DNA of 48,325 nucleotides from the IMG/VR virus record IMGVR_UViG_2728369182_000007. One strand, given 5' to 3'. The notes under the pieces were generated by a model that saw only the letters and a program-made list of their open reading frames with translations, had not been told where the DNA came from and did not search any database. Position numbers and translations under genes: made by a program. This stretch comes from a virus (lineage: Duplodnaviria; Heunggongvirae; Uroviricota; Caudoviricetes). This document shows, one piece after another, positions 30,311 through 39,910 of the stretch. Each line of letters opens with the position of its first letter. Positions within the stretch are counted from its first letter, which is position 1.

Positions 30311-30684
30311 TTTTGGACCTGCCCGTCATGCATTATTTCGTAAATCTTCACGCCCAACCGACCACCAGGAACGAGCTGACCGCGCACAATATTGATTTCA
30401 TCAAACTGCTCGTCGTCTATAAGTAGTCCGGCATGCGTCAGCGCATCCAGTGGTGCTTTCAGGATATTGTCCAGGTCACGACGGCGCTTATCCGGTGGCT
30501 CTGCAATCACCTTTATCGCCAGCCTTCCGGACAGGTTTGATTTTAACCGCTGCCGGCGAACAATTAGCGCCACATCACGGCGATAACGCTCACCGACTTT
30601 TGATACAAAATATGTGTTGCCACGACGTCGCCAGTAAGTATTCACCGTCGGCGGATAAGGCAAAACAAACTCAATACGCATCAA
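30307..30684 (-). CDS. rusA: Holliday junction resolvase RusA
   Basis: 125 aa, MMRIEFVLPYPPTVNTYWRRRG... with conserved acidic residues; classic nin-region position. Confidence 0.85.
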   Translation of the reverse strand: MMRIEFVLPYPPTVNTYWRRRGNTYFVSKVGERYRRDVALIVRRQRLKSNLSGRLAIKVIAEPPDKRRRDLDNILKAPLDALTHAGLLIDDEQFDEINIVRGQLVPGGRLGVKIYEIMHDGQVQK

Positions 30685-30693
30685 TAACCTCTT

Positions 30694-31743
30694 TTACCCA
30701 AGCACGCCGGTTGCAAAGGCGTGATCAAGAAAACGAAAAATTAAATCAACCTGGGAACCATGCTTTTCTTCGAACGCCAGCGGATCCGCATGAAGTTCGT
30801 TGTGATGTTCCCGGCACAACGGTAGCGTGAAAATATCGTGGGCCTTTGTTCCCATCCCTCCCTGACCGTGACCAATCAGGTGATGGGGATCGTCGGCTGG
30901 CTGACCACAACACGCACACGGCTGTGTCTTCACCCAGCGCGTATATTTCTCATTTACCCAACGGCGACGTTTAGGTCGCCTCATGAAAGATTCCGGAGAG
31001 TCCGGATCAACGGCAATGCTGACCACCGCCTTTTCCAGTGGTGGGTTCTGTTGCTGGTGGAAGTGAGGCAACGGCGCAAGATTTTTTGTGCGCTGCTTTA
31101 GTATGCTGGTGGCGGTCTGCTCTCCCGGTACGATGTCGCTTTCGCGGTACACCGCGCGGATTTTTTCCGCACGTAACCCCAGAGAACGACGTAATACTGC
31201 CTCCGGAAGCGCGTCCGCCACTTGATTGCAGACCGCCCACCAGGATAATTCAGCCAGCGATAACTCCCGCTCCTGCGTGCCATTCATTGCATGGCGTATG
31301 ACGTCAATCATCCATGCTGCCAGGTTTTGTTGAGCAAGTTGCTCAAGTGATTCGGATGTCTGGTCACGCAGCTGGTTATCGCAGTGCCAGCACAACACCA
31401 TCGCGCCGGTGCCGTAACGATGTATGACGGTTTCACTGTGATGATAGTCACCATGAGGCCACTGGCAGGATTTGACATGACGCAACAGCCAGTCAGACAG
31501 TGCACCAGCGCCGCCAGCAGCACGAATCACACGCTCATTGCTGAAAAACCGCAGTAATGATTTATCCTCCGCCAGCGGCTGGCGAACGGCAGGGACGATG
31601 CCGGACGGCAGACCACGCATGCTTTTCGGTTCCGGCTCCACCAGCACTCGAGGGTTATGGAATACCTGCATGGATTCACGGCCTGGTTTAAGGACCACCA
31701 GCCCAAGTTCCGGTACCGGAACAGGTCGAAGTAATACCCGCAC
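30694..31743 (-). CDS. YdfU-like DUF968 protein
   Basis: 349 aa, C-terminal ...CACCGQPADDPHHLIGHGQGGMGTKAHD...PLCREHHNELH... motif; size and position match Qin ydfU. Confidence 0.75.
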   Translation of the reverse strand: MRVLLRPVPVPELGLVVLKPGRESMQVFHNPRVLVEPEPKSMRGLPSGIVPAVRQPLAEDKSLLRFFSNERVIRAAGGAGALSDWLLRHVKSCQWPHGDYHHSETVIHRYGTGAMVLCWHCDNQLRDQTSESLEQLAQQNLAAWMIDVIRHAMNGTQERELSLAELSWWAVCNQVADALPEAVLRRSLGLRAEKIRAVYRESDIVPGEQTATSILKQRTKNLAPLPHFHQQQNPPLEKAVVSIAVDPDSPESFMRRPKRRRWVNEKYTRWVKTQPCACCGQPADDPHHLIGHGQGGMGTKAHDIFTLPLCREHHNELHADPLAFEEKHGSQVDLIFRFLDHAFATGVLG

Positions 31744-31744
31744 G

Positions 31745-32020
31745 TTACCTCCAGATGCGTTGCTGGAATGTGCGGGACGGACGCGGTGGGCGCTCGGAGT
31801 ACGGCAGCCTGACGTAGATTATCCAGTGACGATAATCGAGGCTGAGGGCTTTCTTAACCTCGTATCCACGCCTGCGGTAACACTGAATTATCCATTCAGC
31901 CTGCTCTTCAGTGCATGGAGGATGCTGGAACCAGTCTGATTTGAATGCGTGAAAACGCCGTCCGCACCTGCTGGCAAAGACGGCAGAATCATTAGAATTG
32001 TGTAATTTGGTATCGTGCGC
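31745..32020 (-). CDS. hypothetical small protein (Rem-like position)
   Basis: Start placed at MAHDTKLH so the upstream terminator hairpin is outside the CDS; the six-frame ORF extends to 32152. Confidence 0.5.
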   Translation of the reverse strand, partial: AHDTKLHNSNDSAVFASRCGRRFHAFKSDWFQHPPCTEEQAEWIIQCYRRRGYEVKKALSLDYRHWIIYVRLPYSERPPRPSRTFQQRIWR

Positions 32021-32093
32021 CATCGGTTGTCTCTGCTGGCGCAGCAGGTGCCAGTTGTTCAGGCTGGCGTGCGAATTGTAAACCAGAATGCCA

Positions 32094-32121
32094 GGAAAAA
32101 ACAAAACCCGCCGAAGCGGGT
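32094..32121 (-). terminator. rho-independent terminator downstream of hok
   Basis: CCCGC-CGAA-GCGGG hairpin followed by TTTTGTTTTTT on minus strand. Confidence 0.6.
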
Positions 32122-32190
32122 TAAGTGCGGGTGCGTTGAGGATGCCTGACACATCAGAGGTGGCGAGGGATTTCTCCCCCGCCTGGTCTC

Positions 32191-32346
32191 TTACTCCTCA
32201 GGTTCGTAAGCTGTGAAGACAGCGACCTCCGTCTGGCCGGTTCGGATTCGTACCTCGCAGAGGTCTTTCCTCGTTACCAGTGCCGTCACTATGACGGTTA
32301 AACAGATGACGATCAGGGCGATTAACATCGCCTTTTGCTGCTTCAT
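32191..32346 (-). CDS. hok: Hok/Gef family type I toxin (HokD/RelF-like), 51 aa
   Basis: MKQQKAMLIALIVICLTVIVTALVTRKDLCEVRIRTGQTEVAVFTAYEPEE, Hok family signature with single TM and conserved Cys. Confidence 0.85.
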   Translation of the reverse strand: MKQQKAMLIALIVICLTVIVTALVTRKDLCEVRIRTGQTEVAVFTAYEPEE

Positions 32347-32583
32347 AGCCTGCTTCTCCTTGCCTTTCGGCACGTAAGAGGCTAACCTACATGTGTTCAG
32401 CATGGATTGAGCCTCAGATTAATGTTAAGCGTCTTGCAGGACGCGTAATGTTAACTGGGGCTTTTCTCTATCTGCCTTTTGGTGTTCATGCCTGAGGCAG
32501 ATAGCCTCAAGCACCCGCAGCAATTCTACTTAACTCACGTCACCTCGCCAATATGAAATCAATCAGAAAGGTGATCCATAAAA

Positions 32584-33270
32584 TCACTCCTTCTCTTCTT
32601 TTCCGTAGTGGAGTTGGCCAATTTTGATAAGAGGGCGCCCCTGAGATTTGCGGTGTAGATTGGTATCGCGCAGAGAATACACACAGCCACAATATTCCTG
32701 CTGATAGAATTTTTCGCGCTTGCTGATTTCAATCATACGGGACGAGCCGCCCTGCTTGCGCCAGTTATAATCCCAGTACACCATACCCGGATAATGCGCA
32801 ACAGCTCGCCGCCCACACTCGTTAACCTGCTGCATATTTTTCCAGCGTGAAATGCCCAGTGAACTGCTGATCACACTGAAACCATTTTCAGCAGCGTACA
32901 ACGCTGTCCGCTCAAAACGCATGTCAAAACACATGGTACAACGGATCCCCCTCTCAGGCTCCCATTCCATTCCTTTGGCACGTTCAAACCAGTTGTCGGT
33001 GTCGTAATCAGCATCGATAAACGGCACGCCGTGTTGTTCAGCAAAGCGAATATTTTCATCCTTACGAATTAAATACTCTTTCTGAGGATGAATGTTCGGG
33101 TTGTAGAAAAAGATGGTGTAGTCGATTCCCGAGGCCTGAAGCGCCTCCATCACTTCACCGGAACATGGAGCACAGCAAGAGTGCAGTAGTAGTTTGTTTG
33201 CCCCGTTTGGGAGCTCCAATTTAGGCCGTTTGAAATCAGCAATAGTCATAAATATTTTTATTGGGGTCAT
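32584..33270 (-). CDS. DUF208 / QueH-like protein (putative epoxyqueuosine reductase)
   Basis: 228 aa with N-terminal [14 protein letters not shown] motif and further conserved Cys ([16 protein letters not shown]); family assignment from memory. Confidence 0.5.
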   Translation of the reverse strand: MTPIKIFMTIADFKRPKLELPNGANKLLLHSCCAPCSGEVMEALQASGIDYTIFFYNPNIHPQKEYLIRKDENIRFAEQHGVPFIDADYDTDNWFERAKGMEWEPERGIRCTMCFDMRFERTALYAAENGFSVISSSLGISRWKNMQQVNECGRRAVAHYPGMVYWDYNWRKQGGSSRMIEISKREKFYQQEYCGCVYSLRDTNLHRKSQGRPLIKIGQLHYGKEEKE

Positions 33271-33423
33271 GAAAATAGCACAGAGTGTAGCATCAGAGCA
33301 GGGCTATCGGGAATATATGTCTAAATCTGGTAATATCTGGTTTTGACGCAAAGCGGACAACCACGCTGGCTCTACCCTGCGCCATGAAAATGTCAATTCA
33401 CATCTGAACTAATGCTCTTTAAT

Positions 33424-33849
33424 CTAGTAACGTCTAAAATACCTAACATTTCCTTGATAAAATGCCAGTACACGCTGCATAGCTTCGCTCTTCCGGCACT
33501 CGCGACAGATTATATTCAGGCGCCTGTCGTAGCGGCGTATTTCGCCGTCTGGTAACGACCAGATAAGGTCCGGATCAACCGCAGATGGTTTATTCAGCTT
33601 TGCCCTTGAGAGCTTTTTACGGGCATTTTGCCAGTCCTTACGCGCCTGTTCAGACGGGAATAACCCGTAACCAGAGTTGTATACATCGCCACTGGCAACC
33701 AGCTCTCTGGCCAGAACGCTCATCAGATATCTTGTTGCCCCAGTTTTAGCTTCCAGTTGTCGTAACGTCTCGCGCCCACTCTGGCGTACGAGTTCAAGAA
33801 CCTGCCCTTTAATTTTTTCCCGCTCTTCTTGTGTAAAAACTTTTGCCAC
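33424..33849 (-). CDS. hypothetical protein (141 aa), repeated at 46191-46613
   Basis: ORF conserved in both nin regions. Confidence 0.5.
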   Translation of the reverse strand: MAKVFTQEEREKIKGQVLELVRQSGRETLRQLEAKTGATRYLMSVLARELVASGDVYNSGYGLFPSEQARKDWQNARKKLSRAKLNKPSAVDPDLIWSLPDGEIRRYDRRLNIICRECRKSEAMQRVLAFYQGNVRYFRRY

Positions 33850-33889
33850 AAGCCCTCCTGAAAATTACCTCATGACCAGAAATTAACAC

Positions 33890-34274
33890 TTACCCCCTGA
33901 AGCCCGGCGGAATTTCGTTATCCGGTTCAGAAATATGATTCACACAACGCTGGTTGTTCGTGCCGCTTACCGGGAGCAGCCAGGGGTTTTCAAAATTCCG
34001 GTCCGGTCCAAAAAACGTCGTCGCTCGCTGAACAAATTCCGTTCCCGTTTTCCCGGTAGCCGCCAGGTATCTTGCGTAACGCCTCACACCATCCAGCATG
34101 GCCTCTGGTGGCACCCCCTCGCGTAATCTGGCCTTCCAGGCACTGAAAGCGGATTTCTTCGGGTTTGCCCCAGCACGCAACGGGTATTCCCGCCAGACCT
34201 GTTCGAACACATCCGGATAATCCACTCGTCCCACAGGCTGCCCGGTGTTTTCCGGGACTACCCGATCGGCTTCC
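33890..34274 (-). CDS. C-terminal fragment of putative replication protein (copy of 46654-47040), truncated by gap
   Basis: Near-identical to the C-terminus of the 333-aa protein at 46654-47655; upstream end in N run. Confidence 0.5.
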
Positions 34275-34284
34275 NNNNNNNNNN
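34275..34284. other. assembly gap (10 N) joining nin-region fragment to a lysis cassette
   Basis: run of N; gene content either side is not contiguous in a phage. Confidence 1.
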
Positions 34285-34374
34285 CCCCGCACACTCGCGC
34301 AGAGGAGTCTCCCTGTCGGGCTGCGGTCTCTGTTAATGAGGGAATATAGCGACGATACGGCGCATCAACAAAAC

Positions 34375-34848
34375 TTATTTCAGGCACTGAGTGCGGATAT
34401 AGTCCTGTGCCCCTTCCAGTTGCTTGTGCATCGTCATCAGCCGCTCTCTGAGGGTGAAATAATCCCGTGTAACGGTGTCTGCCAGTTGGGGGCCGGTTGC
34501 ATTATCCACGCCGGAGGTGGTGGGGGCTTCACGCACGGAGCCTGGACAGGTGGCGTTGATCCGCAGGCGCTTACGACCAGCGGCAACGTCAGCGCGAAGA
34601 GTTTCATTTTCAGCTCTCGCATCGGCTAATTCCCTCGAGTATTTTGCATCGAGCGCAGCAACATCGCGCTGGCGCACCTGCATATCAGTAATGGTTGCGT
34701 TCGCCAGCTTCAGTTCACTGGCTTTGTTATCGCGCTGCGCTTTGTAGGTAATCGCGTTATCACGGTAATGGTCTGTTGCCATCCACAGCGCACCACAGGC
34801 CACCAGCAGAATAACGATAAACGCGGAAAGCATTCGGTTTATGTTCAC
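34375..34848 (-). CDS. Rz: i-spanin Rz (second lysis cassette)
   Basis: 157 aa, homologous to 26221-26700. Confidence 0.8.
   Translation of the reverse strand: MNINRMLSAFIVILLVACGALWMATDHYRDNAITYKAQRDNKASELKLANATITDMQVRQRDVAALDAKYSRELADARAENETLRADVAAGRKRLRINATCPGSVREAPTTSGVDNATGPQLADTVTRDYFTLRERLMTMHKQLEGAQDYIRTQCLK
34437..34622 (-). CDS. Rz1: o-spanin Rz1 (second lysis cassette)
   Basis: 61 aa lipoprotein with PPPPPAW motif embedded in Rz. Confidence 0.75.
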   Translation of the reverse strand: MRELKMKLFALTLPLVVSACGSTPPVQAPCVKPPPPPAWIMQPAPNWQTPLHGIISPSESG

Positions 34849-34976
34849 CCCAGCAACCCCGACGAAGACAACATCATCCAGGCCATGGAAAGAAAAAGAG
34901 CAACCAGCATTAGTGAAAATGAAATGCCGACAATTACACAGAGGATCTTCGCCAGCGTTATGAGTTTGTCTGACAT
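34845..34976 (-). CDS. small hydrophobic peptide (43 aa) between endolysin and Rz
   Basis: ATG at 34974-34976 preceded by AGGGAGGA RBS; [43 protein letters not shown]; stop overlaps Rz start. Confidence 0.45.
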   Translation of the reverse strand: MSDKLITLAKILCVIVGISFSLMLVALFLSMAWMMLSSSGLLG

Positions 34977-34990
34977 GCTTAATCCTCCCT

Positions 34991-35137
34991 TCACGATTTC
35001 AACGCAATGACCAGTTTTGCCAGCCCATACAGCATCGGGGACACAGCAACACCGACCGCCACCCACTTAATGGCAAAAGCCAGTGCTCTGCTGATGTCAT
35101 CAGTTACAGGCGCTTTCAGTTCAAGGCCATTTTTCAT
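34991..35137 (-). CDS. small protein with C-terminal TM (about 48 aa) between endolysin and Rz
   Basis: ATG at 35135-35137 with GAGG RBS; alternative ATG at 35173; [48 protein letters not shown]. Confidence 0.35.
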   Translation of the reverse strand: MKNGLELKAPVTDDISRALAFAIKWVAVGVAVSPMLYGLAKLVIALKS

Positions 35138-35329
35138 AGTCAACCTCAACAGAATTCGTTTACACTTCGCCATGTTCTCCCTTGCCTTACTCAAGGTCAG
35201 AAACACAAAACCTCGCTTGGTGCCAACAAACGGGGTTTTTACTTTTATTCACTTACGTTTCGCCAGTTCGCAGGATTTCGTGTTATCCGCCCGCGTGGCC
35301 ATTCCTCATTTTTCAGCAAAATATTCTGC

Positions 35330-35863
35330 TTATCTGTCGATACCCCAGCACGCCAGCGCGCTCTCCTGGTCACGACGGGATACCTGACCGTAACAGTTGT
35401 TTGAACGAATACGGCAGTCTCTGCCACCGTCCTTAATCCACCAGCGAATCGCTTCGCAGGCACCTTTTCGATCACCAGCATTAATTCGTCTGTAAAACGT
35501 CGACGGGAAACACTTACCGGGACCAATGTTGTACGGACAGAATGACGCGATCCCCGCTTTCTGGGGTTCGGTCAGCGGCACTCTGATGTTTTTCTCCACC
35601 CACGCCAGCGCTTTATCACGCTCAATGGCGTTAACCTGGTCGCATTTTTCCTTCGACAACTTCATGCCCGGAACGACAGGTTTGCCATCCACCATGATGG
35701 CACCACGGCAGATGGTCCAGATACCTGCACCATCACGGTATGCCGTGGTGTGGTTGCCTTCCTTTTCATCCAGAAACTGGTCGAGAATGTCAGGCGCAGG
35801 CGCACCAGCGGCAATCAGCGCCAGAACGGCAGCCGACAGGCCGTATTTGATTTTGGTGTTCAT
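35330..35863 (-). CDS. R: SAR-endolysin (second copy)
   Basis: 177 aa, homologous to 26682-27215. Confidence 0.8.
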   Translation of the reverse strand: MNTKIKYGLSAAVLALIAAGAPAPDILDQFLDEKEGNHTTAYRDGAGIWTICRGAIMVDGKPVVPGMKLSKEKCDQVNAIERDKALAWVEKNIRVPLTEPQKAGIASFCPYNIGPGKCFPSTFYRRINAGDRKGACEAIRWWIKDGGRDCRIRSNNCYGQVSRRDQESALACWGIDR

Positions 35864-35899
35864 GGATATATTAAATATTCAGCCGCTGTCCCTGGCCCA

Positions 35900-36793
35900 C
35901 TAAATACGCACTTTAAGATAAGTCAGCCCCGGATGAAGCCAGTAAGCCGGCACTTTTTTAAAGGGTGGAGTATTAAAATCACGAAGAAGAGCCTCCCGCA
36001 CAATTGCATCCTTATCAGCACCACTGGCCAGCGCTTCAATCTCAGCGGCTACCTGAAGATATCCCATGCAACGGCCAACGCGCTTCATCAGCCCCTGCTT
36101 TTTATTGTTCTTCAGGTAATCAATGGCAAATTCAATGAGCTCCTCACTGTGCTGGTGCGATGGAGGTGTTACTTTCCCATTTTCTGAGATGGTTATTTTC
36201 CCAGCATCACCGGATACAACAAAGGATGGCCGGTTACACTCCCATTCCGGGTCACTGAAATTATCATTATGAATACTGAAACACTCTGCGAGATTTCTGC
36301 TCATCACTTTCCGACAATAATCGTCAAACGCAGCAAACTGCTTTTCATCGCCAGAAGGCACCAATATCGACCATTTCTTATTCAGCTCAACGACGTAGCT
36401 CTCCAGTTTTTCAATACGTGATTCAACATCATCTTTTTCTGACCGCAGTGTTGACGGCGGCATCTTCAGAGAACAAGTAATTCTTCCCGGTAGCTTTCCT
36501 TTGTAGGTTATCAACACATCCTGCGCCTCTAAAATTACGGGGCGCTTTTCCGGCAACGGTTCGTTCCATTCACATAACCCGGCAGCAACATCCATGAAAA
36601 ACTGCTTCGCCTGCTTTTTCGCCTCAGCTTCGTAAAACTCCAGCGTGGCACCTTCAGTACGGTCAAGACTAATCGCCACATCTGGCAACAACAGCGACGC
36701 TTGCCCGTCACCTTCCGACTTCACAGTAACAGTAACCTTATCCCCGTAATTATTTATCCCCTTAACAACCAGTTCATATTTTTTATTCATCAC
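35900..36793 (-). CDS. hypothetical protein (297 aa) between holin and endolysin
   Basis: N-terminal ~100 aa homologous to the 104-aa ORF at 27271-27585, plus ~190 aa extra C-terminal region. Confidence 0.55.
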   Translation of the reverse strand: MMNKKYELVVKGINNYGDKVTVTVKSEGDGQASLLLPDVAISLDRTEGATLEFYEAEAKKQAKQFFMDVAAGLCEWNEPLPEKRPVILEAQDVLITYKGKLPGRITCSLKMPPSTLRSEKDDVESRIEKLESYVVELNKKWSILVPSGDEKQFAAFDDYCRKVMSRNLAECFSIHNDNFSDPEWECNRPSFVVSGDAGKITISENGKVTPPSHQHSEELIEFAIDYLKNNKKQGLMKRVGRCMGYLQVAAEIEALASGADKDAIVREALLRDFNTPPFKKVPAYWLHPGLTYLKVRI

Positions 36794-36794
36794 T

Positions 36795-37010
36795 TTACTC
36801 TCCCCGCGCCGCCTTACGCCGGTCCTCTTTGATTTTGAAATACAGGTTAGTCAGGTACGTCAGCAGCCCAAACAGCAGACTCCCCAGCACGCCTATTGCC
36901 GCCCACTGAGACGGGGAAACCCTGTCCAGCAACTGCAGGAACCAGTAGCCCGTTCCCACCGCTGACGTGGTGTATGACACACCTGTTGTGATTTTTTCCA
37001 TCTGGTACAT
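36795..37010 (-). CDS. S: pinholin (S21-like), dual-start MYQM
   Basis: Start placed at [10 protein letters not shown]... (71 aa) by analogy with copy 1; six-frame ORF extends to 37064. Confidence 0.75.
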   Translation of the reverse strand: MYQMEKITTGVSYTTSAVGTGYWFLQLLDRVSPSQWAAIGVLGSLLFGLLTYLTNLYFKIKEDRRKAARGE

Positions 37011-37086
37011 ACCCCGTCTCCCGTTATCCGGAAGCTCACAACAATATAAAGACCACCGGCACACACCGATGGTCCCTTGCGCAGGC

Positions 37087-37332
37087 TTACATCATCATGT
37101 CGCTGTCAGGTGTGGGTTCACCGCCATCTGAAGCACTCCCGTCACCCGCGATACCTTCCGGCTCCGGAACCGCTGGTACGCCCAGCAGCTCATCCAGAAT
37201 GGCATCCACTTCTGCATCAAGACGCGACTCAAGGTTCTGGCGGAGTTTCTGTTTCAGTGCGCTCAGGACTTCTTCAGAGCGCAGGACTTCCTTCACTGCC
37301 TCAGCAGTGACCAGGGATGTGATTTCTGACAT
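37087..37332 (-). CDS. hypothetical acidic protein (82 aa)
   Basis: Start placed at [16 protein letters not shown]...; between nanS-p and holin. Confidence 0.4.
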   Translation of the reverse strand: MSEITSLVTAEAVKEVLRSEEVLSALKQKLRQNLESRLDAEVDAILDELLGVPAVPEPEGIAGDGSASDGGEPTPDSDMMM

Positions 37333-37369
37333 GGGATTTTCTCGTTGAAAGGTGTTGTCAAGAAAGTGA

Positions 37370-37552
37370 CTACGGAATGAGCGGATCTTCGGGTTTGCTT
37401 CCGGCTGACTGACTGGCGCTGATTCTCTCAGCGGCCCTTTTATCAATCTGCCTGCGCCAGAAATCGCGCACTGCCCTGTACCCACCCGAAAGAAGATACA
37501 TAACACAGACTGCCATACAGAAGTACAGCATTACCTGATGAATAAATGTCAT
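37370..37552 (-). CDS. hypothetical small membrane protein (60 aa)
   Basis: ORF with one hydrophobic segment directly downstream of nanS-p. Confidence 0.35.
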   Translation of the reverse strand: MTFIHQVMLYFCMAVCVMYLLSGGYRAVRDFWRRQIDKRAAERISASQSAGSKPEDPLIP

Positions 37553-37688
37553 AATTTCTTACCGTTATGGTTGACAATGAGAACTGTTTTCATTTAGAAA
37601 TGATTGATGTCGAAAGCATCTTTTCTTTACATTCTCCATTGGGATTACCTCCGCCAGCTTCCATTCCTGCCGCTGGCGGCTTTTTTTA

Positions 37689-39665
37689 TCATGCCGCGAT
37701 GTCCGCGTTGTTCACTTCCACCTTCACACTGTCAATCAGCAGCGTATATGTCGCCGCCTTTGATATGCCTGTCAGTTGCAGTTTGTCCGCCGCCCCTGAT
37801 GCCGGAGATTTCACCAGTGTGAACGGCGTCCCCCGTTTCTCATCCAGTACCGGCGTCACCTGAATGCTGTTGTTTCCGGCAAACTCAAAAGCCAGTGTGT
37901 GCCATCCGTTATCAAAGACCCCGAACGTTTCCAGCTTCGCATTCGGCTTCTTGTGGTGCATCGCGTTCAGGTTCGTCGCATCCGTCTGCAGAAAGAAGGA
38001 CATCAGCATGTCGTTGCCTTCCTCTGCCAGCGTCACTCCCTCCGGCAGGGACGACAACTGCCAGTAAATGCCCAGGGCAAACTGATTCGGCACCAGTGAA
38101 CCCGGCAACTTAAACCGTACGCTCACACGTCCCCCCTTCTTCAGTAACTCCACTCCCTGTCCGGCTGCATCATGCTCCAGAAACCAGATGTGGTTTTCCG
38201 GTTTATTCAGTTGCAGGGCCTTACCTCCCGTAGCCCCCGCATCACTGACCACCGCTTCAGCAATGTTTTTGTTAACATTGTCTCCGCTCGCCGGTTTGTG
38301 ATAATAGCGCCAGCCCTGTGATGCCAGGTCTTCGCCGGACGCCAGCAGACTCATCAGGGTTCGGTTACTGACCGGGGCTTCCGGCTCTCTCTCCGTACCT
38401 TCACCGGAAGGTCCGGTGGGCTTCACCGTATCAGGCTGTTTTCCGGTAATGAATTCAGCGTTTCTCCCGGCATGCACAAGAATCGCCGTTGCCAGACGGT
38501 CGGAAATAATCCCACGACGTGCCCATGATCCAAAATGCGTTTTACGGTCAGCCGTCGTCCAGGTTTTGGCGTCCGTTCGACCACCGGCTCCGTAATACCC
38601 AATATCCGCAACATCCGGATCTTCTGACGGCTCGTTGGTACCCACATTTCGCCCGTTTTCATCCGTCATAAACGGCACAAAGAAGATTTTTTTTGCGGAT
38701 TTCGTCTTGTATGCACCATACACCGCATCGTATTGCGAAGAATAAGTCTGCTTCCAGTAGTAGGTCGTGTCGCCACAAATCCAGGGAACCGATGACGGAG
38801 AGCCCCCGAGACACTGACCTCCGAATTCCGACAGGTCAGAACGATATTTTTCCACCATGGAATCAAACAGCCCCGGCTGGGTGGCGTATGCACCCTGTTT
38901 CAAATCAAACTCGCCCTGCATCCAGACCACTGCAAGCAGAATATTTTTAGGGTTGGCCTTCAGTGCGGCCTGAGTACGGGTAAGCAGGTCCTTGTACAGT
39001 GGCTTATCTACACCCCAGCGTGCCGAGGTCTCGCTTGCGCCGGTGGATTCGCTGAAGGTACCTTCATCGCCCGCCAAAAATGCAGAACCACCACGGCAGC
39101 ACGGAACCAGAAGAATACCGGCATTCGCCGGAATAAACGGCAACAATTTCTTCGCGATATGTAATCCCTGCCCCACGCATCCATACTGAGCTGCACTGGC
39201 TTTCGGGTGTGAAAACTTACTCAAATCCTGAACATCATGCAGGCAGTGGTCCGCAGGAATAATGTCATTGTAGTTACAGAACGCACCACCCGGCGTGACA
39301 GTGCTGCGACGCGCCAGCTGTTTAATACGCGGGTCCGGACGGTCATATGTCTCCGGCAGCGGAAGCCCTTCACCATACGCCATACCGTTTGACTGCCCGG
39401 CCAGGGCAACAACAAAGTAATACTCCGGGTTGCTGGTGGTGCTGATAACTGCGCCTTCTCCATCCGACGGCTTCACCACCACAGGTGTGGTGACATCACC
39501 TTCCGCCGCAATGGCCTGCATCAGGGTATAAGGCGTGATGGCCACCGGACTGCCAAATGGCTGCCACCCCTCCTTCAGTTTTTGTGTCAGTCGTTTCGCA
39601 AGGTCTGACGGCGATGCCGCCCTGACAACATCATAGTGTTTAAATGCCATGGTTCTTTCCACCAT
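37689..39665 (-). CDS. nanS-p: prophage sialate O-acetylesterase NanS-p-like (DUF1737 plus SGNH esterase)
   Basis: 658 aa; N-terminal MAFKHYDVVRAASPSDLAKRL... region and GQSNM esterase motif (…VALAGQSNGMAYG…); canonical position of this gene in Stx phages. Confidence 0.75.
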   Translation of the reverse strand: MVERTMAFKHYDVVRAASPSDLAKRLTQKLKEGWQPFGSPVAITPYTLMQAIAAEGDVTTPVVVKPSDGEGAVISTTSNPEYYFVVALAGQSNGMAYGEGLPLPETYDRPDPRIKQLARRSTVTPGGAFCNYNDIIPADHCLHDVQDLSKFSHPKASAAQYGCVGQGLHIAKKLLPFIPANAGILLVPCCRGGSAFLAGDEGTFSESTGASETSARWGVDKPLYKDLLTRTQAALKANPKNILLAVVWMQGEFDLKQGAYATQPGLFDSMVEKYRSDLSEFGGQCLGGSPSSVPWICGDTTYYWKQTYSSQYDAVYGAYKTKSAKKIFFVPFMTDENGRNVGTNEPSEDPDVADIGYYGAGGRTDAKTWTTADRKTHFGSWARRGIISDRLATAILVHAGRNAEFITGKQPDTVKPTGPSGEGTEREPEAPVSNRTLMSLLASGEDLASQGWRYYHKPASGDNVNKNIAEAVVSDAGATGGKALQLNKPENHIWFLEHDAAGQGVELLKKGGRVSVRFKLPGSLVPNQFALGIYWQLSSLPEGVTLAEEGNDMLMSFFLQTDATNLNAMHHKKPNAKLETFGVFDNGWHTLAFEFAGNNSIQVTPVLDEKRGTPFTLVKSPASGAADKLQLTGISKAATYTLLIDSVKVEVNNADIAA

Positions 39666-39910
39666 CTGAAAAATAATTCTTTAAAATACCTGACATGTAA
39701 TACAGAAAAAACACAAAACCATACCTTAAATAAAAACCTCATCATCAAGCAGATATGCATGGATAAACTACAAGACGAGATATAAACCACCCTGCATTTA
39801 AATAAACAATAAACAACATCAGAAAAATAATTCTGCTCTATGGTTTACATTCAAAAATATCATTTATACTTTTCAGAACATCACCAGCAAGACATAAACA
39901 AGGAAACTAA

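Noticed and set aside
32191-32403. 70-aa extended Hok ORF starting MLNTCRLASYV
   Set aside because: The upstream in-frame ATG has no RBS and the family-conserved start is MKQQKAML; the extension falls in the structured leader
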